Source of the DNA: a virus
Lineage: Duplodnaviria > Caudoviricetes
Reading direction: 5' to 3' (one strand)
DNA: 64,000 nt
Virus record (IMG/VR): IMGVR_UViG_3300031134_000001
Location: 96,001 to 160,000 of that record
The position numbers were made by a program, and so were the translations under genes. Positions 8,983 to 17,028 of this stretch are shown here, in pieces (position 1 is the stretch's first letter; the number at the start of each line of letters is the position of its first letter). The notes beneath the pieces are model-generated. The model did no database searches, was not told the origin of the DNA, and worked only from the letters and a program-made list of their open reading frames with translations.

Positions 8983-10526
8983 GCTTTGCAACCATAACTG
9001 TTGGTAGTCACCATTTCGTGGTTACCAACATACATGCGCGCGTTAGGGCGGTCTGCCGTGAATTCTCTCGTCCACTCATTGTGTACAAGAAAGAATTCGC
9101 GGGCTATGGCCGCCCTAAGATTATCGTCATGGACAAGATCTACGCGGGAGCAACCGTGTCGCGTAGTGAACATCGTTACCACATCAACCATCTGGAGGAG
9201 TTCAAGAAGTTGTTGTACCGTCACCAGCTGGAAGGTGAGGGACTGATCGAATGGAACGAAATCCCGCCGTACGTACCTGACCCGATGGAACTGGAGATTC
9301 GTTCTCACTTTATTCCTACCCCGGATCAAGACGAGGCGATTAACTACATCTTGCAAACATCCCGCCCGAACAACAAAGCTGTCATCATGCAAGCTGGCGG
9401 GGGCAAGACCTTGACCACCATGATTGCCGCCGCCAAGCAGGGTGAGCGGATGGTGATCATGCTGGAAGCGCGTTACATCGGTCAGTGGTTAAAAGCGTTT
9501 GAAGAGAACTGCATCATCAAGAAAAAACGCATCGCTGTGATTCAAGGCAGTAAGTCGCTTAAAGCATTGATGTTCATGGCCGACGAAGGGAACATTCCTT
9601 ACGACGCTATTATCATTAGTGCGACCACGTTCGCAGGTTACATCAAGGACTACGAGGAGCACGAAGGTCAACTTGAGGCGATGGAAGGTTATCCATTCCC
9701 GCCGCAAGTCTTCTACGAGAAAGTCAAGGCAGGTCTACGCGTGATCGATGAAGGTCACGAAAACTTCCACTTTGTTTTCAAACAGGATCTTTATACCCAC
9801 GTCAAAAATTCGGTGGTTCTATCGGCGACGTTGTTTAACGATGAACCGTTCTTAAACAGCATGATGAAGTTGGCCTATCCGACGGCTGATCGGTTTGACA
9901 AAGGCGGCTTTAACAAGTACGTGCACGCGTACTCCCTGCATTACAGCATGCGGGCACCACGCGAGATTAAATGCCAAGGCAGTATGGGCTACTCGCATGT
10001 GGAGTTTGAAAAGAGTATACTCAAGTCGAAAGAGAAGACGCTAGCGTACTTCCGTATGGTGCGTGAAAGCATGCGCTATACGTACGAGTTTGATTATCGA
10101 CAGGGCGATCGGTGCTTGGTGTACTTCGGCACGATCGACATGTGTACACGCTTTACTGAGTTCATCCAGAAAGAGTTTGCGCATCTTCGTGTCGAGCGTT
10201 TTGTGGAAGACGATCCACTAACGAATCTGTTAGAAGCTGACATCAGTGTTTCGACATTGAAGTCGGCGGGTACGGGTAAAGATATCGCCATGCTCACCAC
10301 CGTGATCATGACGCCAGCTGTGAACGCATCACCGTCGAATATTCAAGGCTTTGGTCGCTTACGTGACTTGAACCGGAAAGATCCGACGTTGGGACGTCGC
10401 ATGCACTTCGTGTATTTCTGCTGCGACGATATCTTAAAGCACCTGGATTACCACGAGCGCAAGAAAGAGTTGTTACGCACGCGTGCTTTGCATTACGAGC
10501 CGCGGTATTTCGGTACGTTAATTTAA
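8979..10526 (+). CDS. Superfamily 2 (UvsW/DEAD-like) helicase, phiKZ gp75-like
   Basis: Motif I QAGGGKT, motif II IDEGH, motif III SAT, motif VI QGFGRLR. Confidence 0.9.
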   Translation: MSFATITVGSHHFVVTNIHARVRAVCREFSRPLIVYKKEFAGYGRPKIIVMDKIYAGATVSRSEHRYHINHLEEFKKLLYRHQLEGEGLIEWNEIPPYVPDPMELEIRSHFIPTPDQDEAINYILQTSRPNNKAVIMQAGGGKTLTTMIAAAKQGERMVIMLEARYIGQWLKAFEENCIIKKKRIAVIQGSKSLKALMFMADEGNIPYDAIIISATTFAGYIKDYEEHEGQLEAMEGYPFPPQVFYEKVKAGLRVIDEGHENFHFVFKQDLYTHVKNSVVLSATLFNDEPFLNSMMKLAYPTADRFDKGGFNKYVHAYSLHYSMRAPREIKCQGSMGYSHVEFEKSILKSKEKTLAYFRMVRESMRYTYEFDYRQGDRCLVYFGTIDMCTRFTEFIQKEFAHLRVERFVEDDPLTNLLEADISVSTLKSAGTGKDIAMLTTVIMTPAVNASPSNIQGFGRLRDLNRKDPTLGRRMHFVYFCCDDILKHLDYHERKKELLRTRALHYEPRYFGTLI

Positions 10527-10577
10527 ACGGCATAAGTCCCTCTCTACCCTTCGGGGTAGAGAGGTTCTTTATGATGT
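10527..10577. terminator. Bidirectional hairpin flanked by ACGGCATA / TATGATGT
   Basis: CCTCTCTACCC-TTCG-GGGTAGAGAGG stem with UUCG loop between convergent stops. Confidence 0.8.
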
Positions 10578-10595
10578 CTATTTTTTTTTGGTACT

Positions 10596-11051
10596 TTACG
10601 AGCGATAATCGGGACAATACACCGTCACAGTCATGCTCGTATCTTTGAGGAGTTCTTCGATCAAAGGTTTTACCTCACGATCAAAGTCAAGCCCTCCTTT
10701 ACCACAACCTAGTGCAGGCAGTGCCACACTTTCAATGTCATTGCGCACGCACCAGTCCAGTAGTTTCAGTAATCCATCGCGAACAATGTCCACAGAAGAA
10801 TCATTCCACCACCGCACTTTGGTGTGCAAGCAATACACCACAAAGCCATCAGCTCTAAATAAGAACGGAAACATCTTCTCAGGCGCATGCTTCTTACAGT
10901 GCACACGAAACCGATCGAAGAATCTAGGCACTCGCATACGAAACGCATACGCTAGACCATTTCCCATCACGCCGCCGGCGTTGGTAGGACAGACCAGCAC
11001 TTGGGCAGTATCCTTAAAGATGTCGCCCCGTTCAATATAGCGAATACCCAT
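10596..11051 (-). CDS. Macrodomain protein (DarG/Appr-1-p-processing-like ADP-ribose hydrolase)
   Basis: GDIFKD...LVCPTNAGGVMGNGLAYAFR and SVALPALGCGKGGLDF are the canonical macrodomain ADP-ribose-binding loops. Confidence 0.85.
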   Translation of the reverse strand: MGIRYIERGDIFKDTAQVLVCPTNAGGVMGNGLAYAFRMRVPRFFDRFRVHCKKHAPEKMFPFLFRADGFVVYCLHTKVRWWNDSSVDIVRDGLLKLLDWCVRNDIESVALPALGCGKGGLDFDREVKPLIEELLKDTSMTVTVYCPDYRS

Positions 11052-11060
11052 GTCACCCCC

Positions 11061-11501
11061 TTAGTTCACACGCATAGCTGCTTGCATCTTCTCAAGCTCA
11101 CTCGCAGTATGTGCCTCTTGGGTATTTTTCTTCCGTCGACGCTTTTCTGCAATGCGCCGGATCATCTCCAGTTCATGACGTGGTTTGCTGATGTAAGCAT
11201 CCCATTGCATATACTGGAAAATCTCTAAATCAAGGAAGTGTTCGAAATGGTCTTCTAAGAGCGTCCCGACGTAAGCATCTTCGGCAGGACGCAGCTTAAC
11301 CAAGGAAGCTGGGTTTAACGTCAACTCATCTTTGGTGGCCAGACCATAACGAACCAGATAGGCTTTGTGAAGTAACTGGGTTACCTGCACTGCACTTAAC
11401 CGCCCGCGGTGCGCCAGCTCTGGCTGGATAGCACTTAAGAACACATCGATCACGAGTGTCAGATCCGTTTGGAACTCGGCCCCGAAGTTCGGGTGACACA
11501 C
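11061..11501 (-). CDS. Conserved hypothetical protein; probable 'T' moiety of a frameshifted tail/baseplate assembly chaperone
   Basis: 146 aa from a GTG with no SD. The frame stays open upstream to 11624, across a slippery site in the preceding gene. Confidence 0.55.
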   Translation of the reverse strand: MCHPNFGAEFQTDLTLVIDVFLSAIQPELAHRGRLSAVQVTQLLHKAYLVRYGLATKDELTLNPASLVKLRPAEDAYVGTLLEDHFEHFLDLEIFQYMQWDAYISKPRHELEMIRRIAEKRRRKKNTQEAHTASELEKMQAAMRVN

Positions 11502-11515
11502 GTGACTGATGACGT

Positions 11516-13078
11516 CTATGGACGCTGACGGATTTGTTGGATCTTTTGGTAAAGGAGGCTGAAAAAAACAGACACCGGGTCGATAGGGATGATGTTCTCG
11601 AACCGTGGCAGGACTTTGTCGCTTTCATCGACGTGCACCTGCGGCACTGCAACGATCGAGACCATCGAGTCGTTGATGTATTGCTGCACTGCCTTGTAGT
11701 ACTTGTCGCGCACCACGTCGTCGCTCGACATGTTCGAGATCGTCATCTCCAGCGTGGGCCGGTCGACGATCTGCTTGCCCAACTTCGGCATGTCGATGCT
11801 TTCGATCCAGTGAACATACTGACGCATCGACGTGGCTTTGGCACGATCGTAGATCATGTCATTGCGTTGCTTTTCCGTCAGGTCTTGCGCGAACGCGTTC
11901 GTGACAGACTGCACCAGTTCATCCACCCAGCGCTGACCCGAGTTGAGGTATTCGTCAACGCTTGGCGTACGCAGCGTAATGCCGACTTCGTCGCTGAGCA
12001 TGATCGTTCGACGCTTGCCGACGACGAAGTGATCGCGGTAGATCGGCAGCGATGCTGGGTTCATCGAACCGGTAACGCGCTGCGCCATGTGACTGACTTG
12101 CCAGTCGTTCAGGCAGTTGCGATCGGTGTACAGGCACGTGCCCACGTTCAGCAGTTCCCGCACCACGGTGGTTGCTACGCCACGCGCGTCGAGCAGCGCA
12201 CGTTCGAACTGGAAACCTTTCGGATACACAGCCGCAGCCAAACCCCAGGCAATTGCTGGGATGTCCATGGCGTTGATCGCGCCGCGGATCTTGTCGGTAG
12301 TGTTAAAACCGGCGACCGTGGTTTCGAACATGCTGCGCATGGCCAGATCAACGATCGCGCTGTTGGTTACCACCACGTGGTTGGCGAACGTCAGGCCGTT
12401 GGTCGAACGACCGAAGTTGATCTTGTTGTCGCTGATGTGTTGCAGGGCGTCGAGCAGTTCGATTTCACCCGGCGACTTGACCGTGATCCAGAAGCCCGAA
12501 TGCCAGAGTGGGATCTGGACGATCGAGCCACGACCCAGCAGAGCACTCACGCGCAGCATAGCGCGCTCGCCGGTCAACAGAGGACCTTCATCCCCGCCGA
12601 ACTTGGGTGTTGCCAACGACATCGCACGACCGCCATCCACAGGCGAAATTTGCTGTTGCCAGTTGGCGCCTTCACGCTTGGCTGCCGGCAGGGCGTTGTC
12701 GTGGAACGAACCGTGGTTAATGCCGAGCGATACCGATTCTGCCCAGTTTTCACCCTGTGCGCTGTCGACCATGCTGGCTGCGTGCGGGTTCGTCTCGCCG
12801 TAGTTCAGCGTACGTGCCACGGTGTCGGGCGGCAAAGCGATGGTGGTCGCCAGATCATCCCACTGGTCGCCCAGCACGCGGTAGTACGGCGTGGTGATCG
12901 TGGCGTTGTTCAGTGGTTCTGGCGCAGGCCAGCTAAAGCTGCTTTCTGCATCGCCTTCAGGCGCATCTTCAGCGGGAATGCCAGCCGGTGCTGACACGGG
13001 CGACGACAGATCGATTTCTTCGAGTTGCGCTTCGGTCGACACAGCGACCGGTGCTTTATCAGGATCGTTAATTTGCAT
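11516..13078 (-). CDS. Conserved Chimalliviridae protein (phiKZ gp77-like by position); putative tail/baseplate assembly chaperone
   Basis: 520-aa ORF with strong coding bias, acidic disordered N-terminus, ending IIPIDPVSVFFSLL. Function inferred from the frameshift architecture. Confidence 0.6.
   Translation of the reverse strand: MQINDPDKAPVAVSTEAQLEEIDLSSPVSAPAGIPAEDAPEGDAESSFSWPAPEPLNNATITTPYYRVLGDQWDDLATTIALPPDTVARTLNYGETNPHAASMVDSAQGENWAESVSLGINHGSFHDNALPAAKREGANWQQQISPVDGGRAMSLATPKFGGDEGPLLTGERAMLRVSALLGRGSIVQIPLWHSGFWITVKSPGEIELLDALQHISDNKINFGRSTNGLTFANHVVVTNSAIVDLAMRSMFETTVAGFNTTDKIRGAINAMDIPAIAWGLAAAVYPKGFQFERALLDARGVATTVVRELLNVGTCLYTDRNCLNDWQVSHMAQRVTGSMNPASLPIYRDHFVVGKRRTIMLSDEVGITLRTPSVDEYLNSGQRWVDELVQSVTNAFAQDLTEKQRNDMIYDRAKATSMRQYVHWIESIDMPKLGKQIVDRPTLEMTISNMSSDDVVRDKYYKAVQQYINDSMVSIVAVPQVHVDESDKVLPRFENIIPIDPVSVFFSLLYQKIQQIRQRP
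11561..11567 (-). other. Candidate -1 programmed ribosomal frameshift heptamer U UUU UUC
   Basis: The minus strand reads GTT TTT TTC (V-F-F), 14 codons before the stop of 11516-13078. A -1 slip enters the open frame of 11061-11501. Confidence 0.55.
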
Positions 13079-13090
13079 GACGGCGCCTGA

Positions 13091-13660
13091 TTAGATTGCT
13101 GGGGTTTCGTACGAACTGGCCGATGGGACCGGTGGCTGCGTTTGAGCGGCTGCCGAAGCTTGCGCTTGTTGAATGACAGCGTTGCTGGCGGTGGCCGACG
13201 CGATTTGATTGACCTGGGCTTGTTCCTTGGCACGCAGAGCGTATTGCAGATTTTCGTCCAGTTCGAACATGACCGGCATGATGTTTTGCTGGTGCACGTT
13301 CAAATACATGATGTAACTTTGTTGCAGTTGCATCAGGGTATAGTGGACATCTTCGTCCTTTGGGTCAGGCCAGCCGGTCGTGTGGGCATGCTGGCGATGA
13401 ACTGCGGCGGTCTTGGCCAGCAGATCTTCGATGTCGACCGACATGCCGCGCAGCAGACCTTCGGTGCGGGTACGGTTTTTCAGGTGTGGAACGATTTCGT
13501 CGTGCGAGACCAGCTCGATCATGCGAGCGTACTGGGAGAACATGCCGCACTGTTGGGCATACATGTCGTTCAGGACTGCATACATGCTCTGCACGCCTTG
13601 TGCTTGAGCGTTCTTGGCGACTGCATCACGCTGTTGGCGTGCTTTGGATTTCTGTGTCAT
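13091..13660 (-). CDS. Hypothetical helical protein with A/Q-rich tail
   Basis: Likely start MTQKSK at 13660 with GGAG upstream. The ORF track extends to 13741. Confidence 0.7.
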   Translation of the reverse strand: MTQKSKARQQRDAVAKNAQAQGVQSMYAVLNDMYAQQCGMFSQYARMIELVSHDEIVPHLKNRTRTEGLLRGMSVDIEDLLAKTAAVHRQHAHTTGWPDPKDEDVHYTLMQLQQSYIMYLNVHQQNIMPVMFELDENLQYALRAKEQAQVNQIASATASNAVIQQAQASAAAQTQPPVPSASSYETPAI

Positions 13661-13909
13661 TTCTGTAAACTCCGAATACTTCAATTGGAAAAACGCGCGT
13701 GAGACCCGCCAAGTCTCTGGAAAAGCCTTTACGTAAGGCAACTGTCAGACGATGGCAAGCAGTAGATATTTTTTTACAAATTGAGATTTAGCATAAGAAC
13801 GAATGCACAAACCCAAAGGATGTGGAACAAAGTCCCAATCATTTGACAATACCCAACGAGTAATCGAACGGTAATCCCTTTTCTTTCCACCTTTAGGGTG
13901 ACCTTAACC

Positions 13910-14749
13910 ATGTTAGATTTGTTAACTGATTTCCTCGATACACAGACCACTGTGGAAGAGAAGCAATACGTGCTAGCAGCTGACCGCGTTGCGCAGCGCG
14001 CAGAGCTGGAATACGAACACGTCATTGAAGAAATACTGTCGGTGCAGCAAGAGCTGGACTCCGGTAGCGCTTTGAGCGAGATCATCAATGTCTACCGTCA
14101 ACTCATGCTCAACCTTCTGGATATGCATGCCGTGACGGTGAGCGACGACTTAAGTATCAAAGAGCTGGCTGACATCGTCAACGGTTTACTTGACATCGAC
14201 AACGTCGAGAACCCACACCTGTTATTCCATCTGGCCGACGAAGAAGCCCGTCCAGTGGAAAAGCTCTCGATCATGCTCTCGCAGGTCACGACCTTATCGA
14301 CCGAACAACTCATGCAAAGCGTGAGCGATGTGTCCGAGACGTTCTTCCGTCGCTTAAAGGAAGTCAACCAAGTCATCCATCACGAAGAAGACGATGATGA
14401 ACTGCACATGACCCGTGAACGTATCCACGCCTACCGCAAGTTCGACATCTACTTAAGCGCAATCGGCGCGGCGATCGTTCATGTCCCAAGCATGATGCGT
14501 GGCCACGCTAAGCCAGGGATGACGTTCGAACTGTATGCACGGTTGATCGACGGCATGCAGCCAATCCTGTCGATGCCCGGCAAGATGATTGCGCGTGAGT
14601 TGTTTGCAGCTGCCTTGATTTCCTCGGACGGCTTTGGTAACCCAGGCGAAATCGTTAAAGCCAATCTGGAGCAATTCATCCCTGACCTGAAACTCATTGG
14701 CGAAGTGATGGTAGAAGTGCGCCAACTCATGATGGGATACTCCAAATGA
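13910..14749 (+). CDS. Conserved hypothetical protein (phiKZ gp79-like by position)
   Basis: ATG at 13910, divergent from 13660. Its stop overlaps the vRNAP gene start (ATGA). Confidence 0.7.
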   Translation: MLDLLTDFLDTQTTVEEKQYVLAADRVAQRAELEYEHVIEEILSVQQELDSGSALSEIINVYRQLMLNLLDMHAVTVSDDLSIKELADIVNGLLDIDNVENPHLLFHLADEEARPVEKLSIMLSQVTTLSTEQLMQSVSDVSETFFRRLKEVNQVIHHEEDDDELHMTRERIHAYRKFDIYLSAIGAAIVHVPSMMRGHAKPGMTFELYARLIDGMQPILSMPGKMIARELFAAALISSDGFGNPGEIVKANLEQFIPDLKLIGEVMVEVRQLMMGYSK

Positions 14750-16107
14750 ATCGTTTAGAATTCTTCTTAGGCGCCATGCGCGCCGGTATGTATCGGCACA
14801 AGAACTGGGTGATCACAGCGTTTGCTGTCACGCAGGAAAATGCCGATGCTTATAAAGCCGATCCGTATCCATACCGGATTGTGCAAACACCGACTGGCAC
14901 GTTCTTCGTCAACCCAGAAAACCCGAGCGAACTGTTACCCATCGACGAAACCGTTCCCGGTCAAGCCCCGTTTGACAAGGCGATGAAAGTCCAGCTCAAA
15001 GCCGGCGACGTGGAGAACTTGACGCAAAACGTTGAGACCAGTTACGGCAACATTCTGGCCAACTGCATTGTGTTAGTCTACCCGTTCGGTAACAAGCTCC
15101 CGTTCATGCTCGGCAAAATGAAGCCTGAACAACTCGAAGCCATGATCCTGCCACGCCTGGTGGATGATCCGGTACAGAACGGCATGGTGCAAGCAGGTAG
15201 TCCGATGCCCGCACCTCGCTTACCGAATGCGCCCCAGGAAATCTACGTTTCCGAATACCTCAAGTTCACCAACGCCATGACGTACATCACTGGCTTTGCG
15301 TACTTGTGGGTGACAGGTGGTACGGAGAAGTGTCTGCTGCCGCCTCCGGGTCTGAAAGAGTTCAAGGCTGCGCTCTTTAAGAAGTACAATATCGATCCGA
15401 AAGACAAGAGCTTTGATCCTGCGGTGCTAGCCCAGATTGCCAAAGAGCTGAAAGAGCTCGATCAAGAATGGTTGAAGGGCGACGACGCGTTAAACTTCCT
15501 GATTGGTAGTAAAGTGGACGTCACGCGTGGTAAGAAGTTCTTGATGGTTGGCGCTGAAGCTGGTCTGGGCGATGGCCAGAACATGGAACTCGTACCGAAC
15601 TCCTTGGCTGAAGGTTGGGACGTGGACAAGATGCCCGCCATGATTAACAACCTGCGGGCAGGTTCGTTTAACCGTGGTGCCGAGACCATGAAGGGTGGTG
15701 AGTCGGTTAAGTGGCTGCAACGCGCGTCGTCCAACATCAACATCAAGCCCGGCGACTGTGGCACGAAACTGGGTCGGGTGGTAACGCTCGTACCGGAGAT
15801 GCGTTCGAAGTATCTGAACTTCAGTGCGATTGTGCCTGGTCCGGGCCTGCCTACCGTGCGCTTGACGGAAGACGTCATCGACAAGTACATGGGCAAGAAA
15901 CTCATGATGCGTTCTCCTATGTATTGCATCCACTCGCATACGGACTACTGCGCTACGTGCGTCGGCCCGCGTCTGGAAGAAAACCCAACCGGGTCTTCCT
16001 CGGCAATCTCCGAGTTTGGTTCTACCATCATGCTGATGTTCATGAAGGCCAACCACGGTAAAGCCTTGTTGCTTAAGAAGTACGATTACAAGCTTCGTAT
16101 CCTTTGA
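14746..16107 (+). CDS. Virion RNA polymerase beta-prime subunit, C-terminal part (phiKZ gp80-like)
   Basis: Second, divergent copy of the beta-prime-C motifs: GSFNRGAETMKGGESVKWLQRASSN..DCGT, RSPMYC..DYCATCVG, MFMKANH. Confidence 0.85.
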   Translation: MNRLEFFLGAMRAGMYRHKNWVITAFAVTQENADAYKADPYPYRIVQTPTGTFFVNPENPSELLPIDETVPGQAPFDKAMKVQLKAGDVENLTQNVETSYGNILANCIVLVYPFGNKLPFMLGKMKPEQLEAMILPRLVDDPVQNGMVQAGSPMPAPRLPNAPQEIYVSEYLKFTNAMTYITGFAYLWVTGGTEKCLLPPPGLKEFKAALFKKYNIDPKDKSFDPAVLAQIAKELKELDQEWLKGDDALNFLIGSKVDVTRGKKFLMVGAEAGLGDGQNMELVPNSLAEGWDVDKMPAMINNLRAGSFNRGAETMKGGESVKWLQRASSNINIKPGDCGTKLGRVVTLVPEMRSKYLNFSAIVPGPGLPTVRLTEDVIDKYMGKKLMMRSPMYCIHSHTDYCATCVGPRLEENPTGSSSAISEFGSTIMLMFMKANHGKALLLKKYDYKLRIL

Positions 16108-16138
16108 AGCACCTTTCATTATCCATTAGGAGTCTACC

Positions 16139-16960
16139 ATGAGCAAAAACAGTAACCGCAACCGCGCCGCCCAAACGACCGAAACCGCGAACGCTTACGA
16201 ACAACCGACTGGCGATACCGCTCCCGTCCAGTTCCCAAAAACCAACACGCCACCCGAAAAGTTCGAACCGACGAATAAACCGGAAGACACGCAAGGTGCC
16301 CAGGGTGAAACGTCATCGGCCGACACAGCAACGACTACACCCGCTGAAGCAGTCGAAACCAAAGTCGACCCACTCGGTCCAATCCCGGAAAATGCGAACG
16401 TTCTGCGTGGCATGGTTGCGGCATCGGCCCCAGAAGTCACTACGGCCGTAGCGCCGGCCGAACCAGTCGTCATCGCCAAGCAAACCGTTCAGCCGCTGAC
16501 CATCCCGGTCGACCCGTACCAGCTGCCGCTGTCGTGCTCGGCTGGTTCGCGCCTGACCGTGCAAGAGCTGCGCGAGTACGTCGAGAAGATGTCGAGCCGC
16601 GTGCGTATGCCGGCTGTTGAAGGTGGTCAAGTCCAGTCGGGCCTGTATCACATCCTGATCCAAGCCATCAACACCCGCGCTGAAGACTTCGACGCGACGT
16701 TCGGCACCGTGATGCGCATCGTCCGTGACAACCTGCCGACCGTGTTCAGCATGGAAAACATGCACCGCTACACGCCGTACGCGACGCTGCCATCGAAGTC
16801 CATGGCACACTTCCGCTATCTGCTGTCGGTGCTGACCGGCTTGGCCGATCCATCGCTGCGCAACGAGACCGCTCGCCAGACCAGTCTGGAAAAGGCGTTC
16901 CGCTCGATGAACATCAAAGAAGAAGCACGTCAACGCGTGCTGAACTTCTTCAACTTCTAA
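16139..16960 (+). CDS. Hypothetical protein with disordered T/P/E/A-rich N-terminal half and helical C-terminal domain
   Basis: 273 aa, SD AGGAG, strong codon bias. Confidence 0.75.
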   Translation: MSKNSNRNRAAQTTETANAYEQPTGDTAPVQFPKTNTPPEKFEPTNKPEDTQGAQGETSSADTATTTPAEAVETKVDPLGPIPENANVLRGMVAASAPEVTTAVAPAEPVVIAKQTVQPLTIPVDPYQLPLSCSAGSRLTVQELREYVEKMSSRVRMPAVEGGQVQSGLYHILIQAINTRAEDFDATFGTVMRIVRDNLPTVFSMENMHRYTPYATLPSKSMAHFRYLLSVLTGLADPSLRNETARQTSLEKAFRSMNIKEEARQRVLNFFNF

Positions 16961-16969
16961 ATCGTTACG

Positions 16970-17026
16970 ACGACATAGGAACTACTACCCCTACTAGCTG
17001 CGAGGCCGGTAGGGGTAGTATGCCGC
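16970..17026. terminator. Bidirectional hairpin flanked by ACGACATA / TATGCCGC
   Basis: TACTACCCCTAC...GTAGGGGTAGTA stem between convergent stops 16960 and 17029; no U-tract. Confidence 0.7.
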
Positions 17027-17028
17027 CA

